DNA of 53,355 nucleotides from the IMG/VR virus record IMGVR_UViG_3300044858_000223, positions 1-53,355 of that record. One strand, given 5' to 3'. This document shows positions 44,534 through 53,355 of the stretch, piece after piece. The notes beneath the pieces are model-generated. The model was not told the DNA's origin. It saw only the letters and a list, made by a program, of their open reading frames with translations, and did not search any database. A program made the position numbers and the translations under genes. This DNA comes from a virus (taxonomy: Duplodnaviria; Caudoviricetes). Numbering within the stretch: position 1 is the first letter of the stretch; the number at the start of each line of letters is the position of its first letter.

Positions 44534-45193
44534 TTACAGACCGGTCGGGTTGTTGTAAGCGTGACCACCTTCGATGACACCCGAGTTCACGTACGGAGCG
44601 TTGAACTTCACGATGACTTCTGGGTAGTACACGGTACCGCTTACGTCGAACGCCGTGTCCGGCACAACGTCAATGATACGCATCGGCAGCGACAGCGTAG
44701 TGCTGGCAGACGACACGAGGACACCCTGCTGGGAATCGTTCGTCGTCGTATTCAGCGTGTTCGCCACCAAAGCCACGTTCAGACCAACGTCCGAGTAGGT
44801 GAAGCCGGTCGAGGTGGAAACCACCGTCGAGGACGACACACCAGCCACTTGGAACAGGGTGTTCGGATCTTCCACCACGTACGCAGTAATGTACGTGCCA
44901 GACTTCACCGAGGTGCCCGAAATCCAAGCCTGCGAGTAGGTCGGCTGACCCGTCACAGAGGACACAAACGAACAGCCCAAAAACACACCCGCGAAACCGC
45001 GAGTGGGAGCCGTGCTTTCTTCGGTCGTCACAGCCACCGTGCCGTCATTCACGAACTTCAGCGGGTCACCGTAACCAATGCTCGACGCATTGGAAGCGAT
45101 TCGGCGCTGACGGGTCGCTCCGGCAAACGGCAGTCCACCGATCAGGTTGATCGGCTTCAAGCCATACGGCTTGCTAACAGTAGGATAAGCCAT
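44534..45193 (-). CDS. capsid-associated (decoration/cement-like) protein
   Basis: PYGLKP...GVFLGC...DPNTLFQV; immediately upstream of the capsid gene, similar codon bias. Confidence 0.7.
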   Translation of the reverse strand: MAYPTVSKPYGLKPINLIGGLPFAGATRQRRIASNASSIGYGDPLKFVNDGTVAVTTEESTAPTRGFAGVFLGCSFVSSVTGQPTYSQAWISGTSVKSGTYITAYVVEDPNTLFQVAGVSSSTVVSTSTGFTYSDVGLNVALVANTLNTTTNDSQQGVLVSSASTTLSLPMRIIDVVPDTAFDVSGTVYYPEVIVKFNAPYVNSGVIEGGHAYNNPTGL

Positions 45194-45210
45194 TTGTTAC
45201 TCCAAAAAAG

Positions 45211-45660
45211 TTATTTACCTTTACCGAACGAGACCGTGGTCTTCTTCTCACTGAAGAGGGGCATACGTTCATCGTTCAGCCTCATAAAGTTGTTATCTAC
45301 GGACTGGAGTTGAGCCTTTGCTTGCTGGGCGTAATAGTCATCACGCTGCTTCATTAGCTCTTCCGGTGCCTTACACAACAACAATCCACCGATCTCCACA
45401 TTCCCTTTAAATTTGGAATTTGGGTCGGTCATGTGCATTAACTCCGGATGGTCTTCTGCCTTTACAGGCTCCCAACCTTCACGGAATTTTGCGGAGGTAT
45501 TCGATGGGTCTGCGGTACCCATGATACTAGTCCGGATATATCGGAACACCCACCCTGCTTGCGGATTTGGGGCCGGAAGCGTCTGAGGGGGAGTCCAAGT
45601 CTTTGTGCGCTGCGCTGATTCCCGATTTTCGAGTTCGCGTGCGAGTCTATTTTCAGCCAT
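45211..45660 (-). CDS. conserved head-module protein
   Basis: WTPPQTLP.P....FRYIR...REGWEPVKA...GGLLLCKAP. Confidence 0.8.
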   Translation of the reverse strand: MAENRLARELENRESAQRTKTWTPPQTLPAPNPQAGWVFRYIRTSIMGTADPSNTSAKFREGWEPVKAEDHPELMHMTDPNSKFKGNVEIGGLLLCKAPEELMKQRDDYYAQQAKAQLQSVDNNFMRLNDERMPLFSEKKTTVSFGKGK

Positions 45661-45661
45661 T

Positions 45662-46612
45662 TTAGTTAGTCTCCAATTTCATAAGTTCACGGGCATACTG
45701 CTCATTACTCAGACCAAGCTTCTTAGCGAGCATGACCTGTGTCGGCGTCAGACGAATCTGACGTGGCGCGGATGACCGCGTGACCGGAGCCACTACATTG
45801 GCTGGTTTTGTGCGAGCAGGCTTTTCGGCCTCTCTCGTTTGAGGTTGTTCTTCCTCGAAATAATCGGGGAATCGCTTCCTCATCGTCGCGTTAACTCGGT
45901 CGTAATAATCGTCGCTACGCGGATCGACTCCAGACCGGACCAATTTTTCATGCAGTCCCAAAGCGAGGGCGGTCATCTCCTCGTCTGTACCGAACCAAGC
46001 ATTTTTCTCTTTCCACGCCTCGGCTTTTGGGTCCGCGACGGGTTGAGGTGCTTGCGGCACTTGATACTGTTGTGTTGGTTGTACTACTGATTCCTCTTCT
46101 TGTAAAGAGGGTCGGAAATTCTCGTACTGCTTAACCTTGAGCTTAGCGTCGGTCAGCAGTTCTTGAGCATCAGCAATAAGACCGGGATCTCCGGATTCAT
46201 ATGCCTGCTTAAGTTTATCTTTAGCCACCGCTAATTCATTAGAAGCTGACTTAGTGACCTCTTGGATATAAGCCTTTTCGCCATTACCAAGACGGCTCTT
46301 AAGCTGCTTAATTTCTTGCTCACGAATCTGAGCAAACCGCAGAGCTTCTTCTCGCTCACGGAAAGCACGCTCTTTTTCACGACGCTCGTCGTGCCAGACC
46401 TTTTTCATCTGAGAGAGACGCTTCTTAACCTTGTCGGAATATTCCTCAAGGTCGTCCTTATCCAACTCGTCAACTACCTCTTTAGGTAGCGGAGTCCGGC
46501 CCCGGTCTTCAGCCGGGGTATCGTCTTCAATCTCAATATTAAATTCTGGTTCCGGGGCGGCTTCGGCTTTTGCCTCTACCTCGTCCGGAAATTTGTACTC
46601 TTCATTAGCCAT
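45662..46612 (-). CDS. capsid scaffolding protein
   Basis: acidic coiled coil; DPKAEAW..KNAWFG; C-terminal LTPTQV.LAKKLGLS.EQYA. Confidence 0.75.
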   Translation of the reverse strand: MANEEYKFPDEVEAKAEAAPEPEFNIEIEDDTPAEDRGRTPLPKEVVDELDKDDLEEYSDKVKKRLSQMKKVWHDERREKERAFREREEALRFAQIREQEIKQLKSRLGNGEKAYIQEVTKSASNELAVAKDKLKQAYESGDPGLIADAQELLTDAKLKVKQYENFRPSLQEEESVVQPTQQYQVPQAPQPVADPKAEAWKEKNAWFGTDEEMTALALGLHEKLVRSGVDPRSDDYYDRVNATMRKRFPDYFEEEQPQTREAEKPARTKPANVVAPVTRSSAPRQIRLTPTQVMLAKKLGLSNEQYARELMKLETN

Positions 46613-46622
46613 AAATCACTCC

Positions 46623-47000
46623 TTATGCGCGACGGATTCCACGGGGGTCATCGACCACCGCTTCTACCGTGTCGTCGTTGATGATGCGGAACTCTCGACC
46701 GTGGATGACCACGCGAGTGCCTGTGTACGGACGGGTGAGAACAAAATCACCTTCTTTGCACCACGGCCCAGTGGGGAACCTAGCCTCGTCCTTGTAGCAA
46801 AGATCGCCCAGCTTGATGACGAACAGAACTACAGTGGTCTGCTCTTCAACGCGCTTGGTGTCGTCGGCCTTAATAATGCCTCCCTCAAACTCTTCCTCCA
46901 CGTGCGGTAAAGCACAAAGGATTCGATATCCTCGGGGTTCGGGCAGTAGGCTTGCTTTCTTGGCTTCTTCCTGTGTTCTCTCAACATTGATATTACTCAT
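46623..47000 (-). CDS. groES: GroES-like co-chaperonin
   Basis: PEPRGYRIL...GGII...WCKEGDFV...YTGTR...EFRIINDDTVEAVV; ATG 47000 in an ATGA overlap. Confidence 0.9.
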   Translation of the reverse strand: MSNINVERTQEEAKKASLLPEPRGYRILCALPHVEEEFEGGIIKADDTKRVEEQTTVVLFVIKLGDLCYKDEARFPTGPWCKEGDFVLTRPYTGTRVVIHGREFRIINDDTVEAVVDDPRGIRRA

Positions 47001-47185
47001 GATTCCTCTATACGCTTTGCAAGGTCTTTGATGTATCCCACTGCGAGGTCGAGACCCTGTAACGCCCCGCATAGGCGTTTGTATTCGCCTTCGTCCAATT
47101 TGCCTTGGATGAGGTTTTCTACAATTAATGTGCGCTCATCCTTGAGTTTTGATTCAAGGTATTCCAGAGCGTTTGAATAACTCAT
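46997..47185 (-). CDS. small conserved head-module protein
   Basis: 62 aa helical ORF, EYKRLCGALQGL; GAGGAG SD. Confidence 0.8.
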   Translation of the reverse strand: MSYSNALEYLESKLKDERTLIVENLIQGKLDEGEYKRLCGALQGLDLAVGYIKDLAKRIEES

Positions 47186-47188
47186 TCA

Positions 47189-49729
47189 TTACTCCTCAAG
47201 TGCAGGCGGTGTAGCCTGTTTTCTCATTTCTGATTCATCACGCGCCTTGCCTATCTCTAGGCCAAGACGTACGCCTTCGATCTGCTGTTTGGCAGAAATA
47301 GCGGCTTTGTCTTTCTGGATGTCCACGCCGAGACGCGCTGCCTCAAGCTGCTGACGACCAGAAATCTCTGCTTTGCGAAGCTCCAACTCGTCGGCCTTGG
47401 TAGCGGCATCTATCAGATCTTTCTGCTGTTTGCGTGCAACCTCGGCCTGCTGAATCTGAGCCTCCATCTGCAACTGCTGCGCTTTGGTCTGCGCCTGAAG
47501 TTGTTTGATCTGCAAGTCCATCATCTGCATCTGAACGAGCGGATCTTGCTGCTGCTGCGCGGCCTGCTGCATCTGAGCCTCGGCCTGATCCTTCTGCAAC
47601 ACACGTGCGGCAGCGGCTGCTGCCAACTGCGACAACTGCGCCTCGAACTCAGGCGGCAGGTCGTATTCTTCTCGGTCGTCTTGCGGAAGCGGGGGCAACG
47701 CTGCGCCCAACTGCTTCTCGATCTCGCGGCGATACTGGAACGCCGTATGCTCCATGATGTGTGCCTGAAGCGCGGCTGTGATCTGCTGCGCCATCGGGTT
47801 CTGCCCAATCTGTGCAGCAATCTTCGGATCTTGTCCCAAGGCCATGTGCACAGCGATGTGCGCTTCGTGATCCTGATACATGAAGGCTTTGACAGGTTTA
47901 CCCGTCATCACGTCCATGTTCTCAGTGATCGGATCACGCGGCTTGGCATCGCCCGCCAACGGCACAATACGATCCGCATTCTTCACACCCAACGTCTCAA
48001 TCATCTGACGATGCAGATACGGAAGATCGTAAAGCTGCGGCGCAGTTTGTGAGAGTTGCAGGACGGCTTGGTACTGCACCACCTTCTGCGACATGGTGGA
48101 TGCGTTCGGATCACTGACCGGGATGACATCAACATCATCATAGTCAGCCTTCTTCGCTTTGCGATCGCCGACTTCCGGCTCGTACGCATAATCTTCCGGC
48201 GTGTTGTCACGGATGATTCCAGCAAGGAGTTTGAACTCCTGCTTCATCGCGTAGTACACGCGAGCCTGCACCGCCGTCATCACCTTCAGAACGCGCTCAA
48301 GCACAGCGAGTGTCGTGCCAACCGGAGCCTGCGAAGACATATCGGAAATTTTTAGATCCGACACCGCAGCGAAGCGGCGTCCTTCCTCCACGATACGATC
48401 CATCAATACAGACAGAGTCTGTGACGGCTCCTTGTACGGCAGGGGGAGAATGTTGTCGCGGATAGCGCCAGAGGGAATGTCTACGTCTCGGAACTCACCC
48501 GGAGCGATTGGAGTATCGTCTCCTTTAATTCTAAGTCCTCTAGACTTGAGTCCTCCGGGGAGATTACTGAGAGTTCCCGCGTCAACGAGTTGGCGAAGGA
48601 GCGACGTTGCAGCCTTACTATGTCCCCCGATAAGGTGAATAAGGCCGAAGTAGTAAAATCCAAATCCGGGTATGTATCCGTAGTGGACGAAGTGCTGTCG
48701 CTTTTCTTTAAGCTTATCGTCCTCTCTCCAGTTCCTGCGGATGGCGAGGATTGTTCCCGTTCCTTTCTCAATCGTGACGACGTACGGAAGAGCGATTCCC
48801 GTCTCGTTGTTATCTTTGTCGACATCTGGATACCCCGGAAGCTCAATATTCACGTGCATTTCGAGGAGTTGGAAACGGTCGTCCATTGACGCACTGAAGC
48901 CTTGATCTTCAGCCTTCTGCTTCTCCACCTCGTCCATCACACGCATCGGCTCACCGAGATCTACATCCCGATAGAACCCTGCGTACTGAAGTTTGCGAAC
49001 CTCATTCTTCGTCTTACGCATACGGTGCGTAACACGCTCAGCCGTGTCCAAATTCGCCGCGCCATAAGGCACGATGATGTCTTCGGCGGGAATATAGACT
49101 GCAATCTGCCGACCCAAGGACGGGTCGAAGTACACCTTCTTAAAGGCGTTACCTGCCAAGGCGAGGCTGAGCAACATACGCTCATGCTCCGGGCGATACT
49201 CCTTCATCACCTCGGTCAGTTGGTAATTCATGTCATCAGCGACACGAATAGAAGAGTCACGCTTCTCAGGTGTCTCCTTACCAATGATCTTGGTCTTGAC
49301 CGGACCCATTGCAGGGAAGGTCTCCATGATCGTCTCGGACTGGAACTTAACCGCCGACTCCATCAGCAAAGGATGAAACACACCACAGGCACCGGGCCAC
49401 GGTTCTGTCCGATCCTCATAGCGGATGCCAAGGATCTTCAAACCTTTGACGTAGGTATCCAGCCAATCTTTGCGGCTTGAGAGATCTTGCTCGTAGTTGC
49501 CAATGAGTTCAGAGGCGAGGCTTTGTAACTCGCCTTCACCCATGAAGTCAGCGAGGTTGGCATCGAAGTCCTCTGCACGAGGCTCATCTTTAACCATCTC
49601 AATGACCATGCCATCGATACCGATAGCCATGCTCTCCGGGTCTTCGACCATGATCTCAATCGCAGGCTCTTCAGCCGCGAGAGCTTCCAATCCCAGAGGG
49701 GCTTCATATAAACTTTTATCGACGGCCAT
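47189..49729 (-). CDS. portal protein
   Basis: 846 aa after TerL; EPWPGACGVFHP, DDMNYQLT, AFKKVYFD, LRQLVDAGTLSNLP; Gln-rich C-terminal barrel. Confidence 0.92.
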   Translation of the reverse strand: MAVDKSLYEAPLGLEALAAEEPAIEIMVEDPESMAIGIDGMVIEMVKDEPRAEDFDANLADFMGEGELQSLASELIGNYEQDLSSRKDWLDTYVKGLKILGIRYEDRTEPWPGACGVFHPLLMESAVKFQSETIMETFPAMGPVKTKIIGKETPEKRDSSIRVADDMNYQLTEVMKEYRPEHERMLLSLALAGNAFKKVYFDPSLGRQIAVYIPAEDIIVPYGAANLDTAERVTHRMRKTKNEVRKLQYAGFYRDVDLGEPMRVMDEVEKQKAEDQGFSASMDDRFQLLEMHVNIELPGYPDVDKDNNETGIALPYVVTIEKGTGTILAIRRNWREDDKLKEKRQHFVHYGYIPGFGFYYFGLIHLIGGHSKAATSLLRQLVDAGTLSNLPGGLKSRGLRIKGDDTPIAPGEFRDVDIPSGAIRDNILPLPYKEPSQTLSVLMDRIVEEGRRFAAVSDLKISDMSSQAPVGTTLAVLERVLKVMTAVQARVYYAMKQEFKLLAGIIRDNTPEDYAYEPEVGDRKAKKADYDDVDVIPVSDPNASTMSQKVVQYQAVLQLSQTAPQLYDLPYLHRQMIETLGVKNADRIVPLAGDAKPRDPITENMDVMTGKPVKAFMYQDHEAHIAVHMALGQDPKIAAQIGQNPMAQQITAALQAHIMEHTAFQYRREIEKQLGAALPPLPQDDREEYDLPPEFEAQLSQLAAAAAARVLQKDQAEAQMQQAAQQQQDPLVQMQMMDLQIKQLQAQTKAQQLQMEAQIQQAEVARKQQKDLIDAATKADELELRKAEISGRQQLEAARLGVDIQKDKAAISAKQQIEGVRLGLEIGKARDESEMRKQATPPALEE

Positions 49730-49739
49730 CTAAATTCTC

Positions 49740-51251
49740 CTAGTAATAGCCTTCGCGCTTGTGGCTCTTAAACCACTTAGTTGGTTCTGGCTCGTCGGAT
49801 GGGAGCCTAATGAACCCGCCTTGCCTGAATCGGAGGAGGGCTAGGGTGGTGGCGTCCACCAAGTCATCGTGGGTGCCGGATGGGAAATCATTGCATTCCT
49901 CCACGACTTCCCAAGCCCAACGTCGATCAGGCACCCAGACTATACCGGAAGAGAACAGATCGGATACTGCATTTACACGCGATATCTTGTCCTGTCCTTT
50001 ACCCGGAGTGAACTCGGATATGGGCACACCCATACGTCGCATCTCCTGATAGAGAGCCGCGCCGTTGGATTTCTTCTCAACAATAAAAGTGTCTGGGTCC
50101 CACTCTTTGTACTGCTCAAGGACTAACTCCTTAAGCTCTGGGAACTCCAATCGCTCACGAATACTGTTGAGAAGAATAATGTTGTAGTTCTTGACCTCTT
50201 CATTAAAGAAGACACCCCATGTAAGGAGGGCGTTGTAGTCTGACCGGTTGGATTTCTCCTGCGCGGTGTCGAGCGACATAATGATGTGTTCGCACGGGGG
50301 CGGGTTCTCAGCCTCCCATGTCTGCCACCACTCACGTTTGATGAGTGCGCCTTCCTCGGACGTGGGCTGTTGCATGTACTGGGCTTGCCAATACCGCACG
50401 TCCATACTGGCTTTTTTAGCCAGCAACTCATTAATGTCCCAGAACTCAGGCCAGAGGGGTTTCTCATTAAGAATCGCGGGAAATTCCACGACTTCCCACT
50501 GATCTGCCTCTTCCTCGCGGGTCATGTGATCCACGATCTTCCCGGTCAGATCCTGCTTACTCCAGCGCGTCATCACCACGATGATCGCGCCACCCGGCAT
50601 CAGTCGTTGTACAGGGCCTGATTGGAACCATTCCCACGCCGGTTCAAATACGTCTGCGCGGCCTTGCTTAGCCTCTTGCTCGGAATGAGGATCGTCAATA
50701 ATAAAGAGATCAGCACCACGGCCAGCCAAAGCGCCGCCAACACCGATAGCAAAATACTCGCCATTAAAGTTAGTACCCCAACGGCTAGCACTTTTAGAGT
50801 CTGCTTGAAGTTCGACATTAGGAAAGATGTCACGGTAATTCTCCGCCCCCACTAAATTACGCACACGTCTGCCGAAATTAACGGCGAGGTCGGCGGTGTG
50901 AGACGCCATAATGACCTTTTTATGCGGGTATTTGCCCAGAAACCACGCTGGTGCTAGGTAGCTGATCATCTCGCTCTTACCGTGACGGGGAGCGATGTTC
51001 ACGATTACACGCTTTTTCTTGCCTGCCGCAATTTCCTCAAAGATTCTGGCTAATTTGCGGTGGTGAGGGCCTACCTTGTAGCCCGGATACACATGATTGA
51101 TGAAATCTAAGAACGAATCCTTACCTAATTTCTGCGTTATCTGGTTCTGATACTGTTTTAGTAGCTCCGCCACACGCCGTTTGTCCTTATCCGGCATATT
51201 GGGCAGCGCCAACTTCAATTTTTGCAGCGATTCAGGCGTTATCTGCTGCAT
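49740..51251 (-). CDS. terL: terminase large subunit
   Basis: Walker A APRHGKS, IIDDP, VMTRW, nuclease SLDTA..SDY and HDDLVD. Confidence 0.97.
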   Translation of the reverse strand: MQQITPESLQKLKLALPNMPDKDKRRVAELLKQYQNQITQKLGKDSFLDFINHVYPGYKVGPHHRKLARIFEEIAAGKKKRVIVNIAPRHGKSEMISYLAPAWFLGKYPHKKVIMASHTADLAVNFGRRVRNLVGAENYRDIFPNVELQADSKSASRWGTNFNGEYFAIGVGGALAGRGADLFIIDDPHSEQEAKQGRADVFEPAWEWFQSGPVQRLMPGGAIIVVMTRWSKQDLTGKIVDHMTREEEADQWEVVEFPAILNEKPLWPEFWDINELLAKKASMDVRYWQAQYMQQPTSEEGALIKREWWQTWEAENPPPCEHIIMSLDTAQEKSNRSDYNALLTWGVFFNEEVKNYNIILLNSIRERLEFPELKELVLEQYKEWDPDTFIVEKKSNGAALYQEMRRMGVPISEFTPGKGQDKISRVNAVSDLFSSGIVWVPDRRWAWEVVEECNDFPSGTHDDLVDATTLALLRFRQGGFIRLPSDEPEPTKWFKSHKREGYY

Positions 51252-51798
51252 TTTCGCCTTCTATAACCTTGTATTCGACGTTTTCCAGCACGTTAATGAC
51301 CTGAATAAGCTCTTTTTCGACCTCTTCGATGGGCTTAATAATGTGTGTGGTCTCTGTACGCTTCTTAAATGCGTCCACACCGTCTACTTCGCCAAGCTTT
51401 GTGAGGGCTTGCACACGAATTTTGGCATCGGCTGTCGTTTCAATCTCAGAAACAAGCCTGTTAATCACGTAATTTTTGTATTCAGAAAGGTCATCTACGA
51501 GCGAACAGTTGCTTTGCTGCACCATACCGGCCAGCCACGCCATTGTTTCGTTCGGATACTTACTAAATTCAATCCGCTTCTTGGGATCTTCGATCATCTG
51601 ACGAGCCAACTTCTCGGCTTCGTCCTTGTCCTGCTCAGTTGGGACAAGGGGTATACCTGTTAAATCTGAGATCAACTTTATGGTGCGGGCCCGCATCTGG
51701 ATCTCTGCCTCGGCAGACAATTCAGGCAAGGCTTCAGCCGCGTTAGCGGGCAGCGGGATGTTCTCGTCGATCTCTGGAACAAGCACCGTATCAGTCAT
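51232..51798 (-). CDS. putative terminase small subunit
   Basis: first gene of the late arm, overlaps the TerL start, helical; the call is positional. Confidence 0.6.
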   Translation of the reverse strand: MTDTVLVPEIDENIPLPANAAEALPELSAEAEIQMRARTIKLISDLTGIPLVPTEQDKDEAEKLARQMIEDPKKRIEFSKYPNETMAWLAGMVQQSNCSLVDDLSEYKNYVINRLVSEIETTADAKIRVQALTKLGEVDGVDAFKKRTETTHIIKPIEEVEKELIQVINVLENVEYKVIEGENAADNA

Positions 51799-52114
51799 GG
51801 GTGTGGATAGTACAAAATAAATATATAAAAAAACAGCATGGTACCAAATGAGATACCGGGGGGGTTCTGTATACGAGGGGGTGGGGTCTGCCTAGCCGAG
51901 TTTTGTAAATGTAGTGGGGATTTGTGAGAGTTCGAGTGTATTACGCCGCTACGCAGGAGGTAAACGCAGCGCGGAGGGTGGGGGTACGGTGGGGTGACGA
52001 CGTCAACGATTTGCACATTGTGTGGGCTTGAGTTCGATTTTGCTAAACCCTAGACGACGTAATGGACTTGAGGTTACGCCGCCCAAAAATCCGCTGCGTC
52101 TGCTTGCCGTTGAC

Positions 52115-52143
52115 TGGACAAAGTATAACAGAAGTGGTATAAT
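52115..52143 (+). promoter_or_regulatory. sigma70-type early promoter
   Basis: TGGACA-17 bp-TATAAT with an extended -10 TG (TGgTATAAT). Confidence 0.85.
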
Positions 52144-52172
52144 AGAATCGTCGGCGGGGTGTTCTCGCTGAC

Positions 52173-52189
52173 TCCTGACAATGTCAGGA
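52173..52189. promoter_or_regulatory. 17 bp palindrome, operator-like
   Basis: TCCTGACA-A-TGTCAGGA between the promoter and the SD. Confidence 0.75.
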
Positions 52190-52218
52190 ATACATCATCT
52201 AGTGGAGTTATACATATC

Positions 52219-53046
52219 ATGGCTAAGTCAAACAAAGTTGCTGTCGCGGTCTCGAAGTCGGTCAACCCGTCAATGGCTGCCGATATTCTCGCCAAGGCTG
52301 AGGCGGTCGCGGTCAAGGCTATCGACGTTCAGATTTCTACGTCGGTCGACACCGAGTCGTTTCAGTCTGATTTCGCGGCGCTCTGCCTCGCGGCGGGTGT
52401 TCCGGTGATCAAGCGCGACGGGGTCGAGCGGTTCGATCGTGAGTCCGAAATCGGTAAGGCGTTGCACGCGGTGCTCAAGACCATGGCTACCGATTCGGCC
52501 AAGACTCGCGCGCACTATTCGGTCGAGGTGCACAAGGTGGGCGACGACGACAAGTATCTGCCGGTTCGCGTGTGGTCTCGCCTGGCTAAAAAGTGGACAC
52601 CGGTCGAGTCTGCTTTGCCTGTGAATCACACTTTCACGGCGGCATTCGCGCTAGGCGTCGATCTCAAGACTCTCGCGTCGGTTGCTGAAAAGCCGAACGG
52701 TGTCAAGGCTTGGATGCGCGGCACGGCGGTTGGTGAGCGGCCGGATGGCAAGGGTCAGGGTATGCGCGACTGGATCAACAATGATGTTGATCAGGCGTTG
52801 TCTCGCGGTTGGAAAGCCGATGCGTCGGGTCGTGCGGGTGGTGCGAAACAGGATTTCGCCGATCTGCTCAACGGTCTGCACAAGGCGGGAACCAAGAAGC
52901 GCGCGCGATATGCCAAGGACAACGGCGACGATTCGGTGGTGTCTGAGGGTCAATGGACGGCACTTTGTTCCATCATGTTGGAGGCGGCGTTTGATCCTGC
53001 TCTGGCCGATGAAATCATCGCGGCGGCTGATCGGGCGGGTTCCTGA
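52219..53046 (+). CDS. first early gene, hypothetical 275 aa protein
   Basis: ATG 52219 after GGAG and downstream of the promoter; strong codon bias; no recognisable motif. Confidence 0.8.
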   Translation: MAKSNKVAVAVSKSVNPSMAADILAKAEAVAVKAIDVQISTSVDTESFQSDFAALCLAAGVPVIKRDGVERFDRESEIGKALHAVLKTMATDSAKTRAHYSVEVHKVGDDDKYLPVRVWSRLAKKWTPVESALPVNHTFTAAFALGVDLKTLASVAEKPNGVKAWMRGTAVGERPDGKGQGMRDWINNDVDQALSRGWKADASGRAGGAKQDFADLLNGLHKAGTKKRARYAKDNGDDSVVSEGQWTALCSIMLEAAFDPALADEIIAAADRAGS

Positions 53047-53057
53047 CACTGTCAGGA
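53041..53057. promoter_or_regulatory. 17 bp palindrome, second perfect copy
   Basis: TCCTGACA-C-TGTCAGGA overlapping the stop codon. Confidence 0.75.
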
Positions 53058-53063
53058 CTACGG

Positions 53064-53090
53064 GGGGCGGCGCGAGCCGCCCCTCTCTTA
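53064..53090 (+). terminator. GC hairpin, weak terminator or stabiliser
   Basis: GGGGCGGC-GCGA-GCCGCCCC followed by TCTCTTA. Confidence 0.6.
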
Positions 53091-53108
53091 TCACGGAGGC
53101 ATCGTCTA

Positions 53109-53294
53109 ATGATTGTTTACAAAGTGTTCCACACTCGCATGGGCGACCATGGCGGCATGGTCGAGTTCTGCTCGGAGTTCGATTCGTTTTGCCAAGCGTT
53201 CTACTGGGCAAAGGAGTTGACCAAATTGGAGTTACCGACTCGGTGGGAATTCGATTTTATCGATGCGCCCAAGCAACACGAGTTTCATTTCTAA
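53109..53294 (+). CDS. hypothetical early protein
   Basis: GGAGG SD, 61 aa. Confidence 0.7.
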   Translation: MIVYKVFHTRMGDHGGMVEFCSEFDSFCQAFYWAKELTKLELPTRWEFDFIDAPKQHEFHF

Positions 53295-53299
53295 ACCAC

Positions 53300-53334
53300 A
53301 GCCCCGTCAGGCTCATGCTTGGCGGGGCTTTTTT
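53300..53334 (+). terminator. Rho-independent terminator
   Basis: AGCCCCGTCAGG-ctcatg-CTTGGCGGGGC-TTTTTT. Confidence 0.85.
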
Positions 53335-53355
53335 GCGTCTGCGCTCCGCGAAGCC

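Noticed and set aside
43723-45313. Long + strand ORFs (257 aa, 250 aa) antisense to the capsid genes; similar ones at 11887-12540, 24907-26466, 47501-49480 and 52651-53211
   Set aside because: Shadow ORFs produced by biased codon usage of the real genes; no SD, motifs or operon context
52173-52189. Calling the palindrome a true matS site
   Set aside because: The outer base pair differs from GTGACRNYGTCAC and no MatP homologue is seen; kept only as an analogy
51795-52316. Minus-strand ORFs 51795-52016 and 52074-52316, and tRNA-like GTTCGA motifs
   Set aside because: No SD or motif support, overlap with regulatory DNA, and no cloverleaf can be built

Overview
The window is most of a tailed dsDNA phage genome with a podovirus-like gene content, resembling uncultured aquatic phages of Gram-negative hosts. 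It has two converging arms. The + strand (1-15875) carries accessory, modification and replication genes: VRR-NUC, DUF3310, a TPR-GT9 and a GT8-like glycosyltransferase, a 2OG-Fe(II) oxygenase, a family A DNA polymerase (Leu762 type), a PD-(D/E)XK exonuclease, a small HNH-like protein, an SNF2-like helicase, a putative SSB, an HTH protein and a primase-helicase. The - strand (51798 to 15872) carries morphogenesis genes: putative TerS, TerL, portal, GroES, scaffold, major capsid protein, a cluster of small basic proteins, head-tail and tail genes, holin, endolysin and four large internal/ejection proteins. A non-coding divergent region (about 51800-52218) holds a strong sigma70-type promoter and opens the early region, which runs off the window end. 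No integrase, tRNA, CRISPR array or reverse transcriptase was seen. The best leads are: (1) a compact pseudoknotted RNA-like element right after a degenerate HNH gene (9251-9425); (2) a double-pseudoknot RNA leader abutting a ribosome-binding site after the capsid gene (43450-43530); (3) a dispersed palindrome CTGACA-N-TGTCAG in four copies; (4) a shared hydrophobic-x-x-GG motif and a C-terminal RxDG-x-A-x-KG motif across many virion-module proteins; (5) two FtsK-gamma-like winged helices in the giant ejection protein. All calls come from reading motifs by eye; no searches or folding programs were run.
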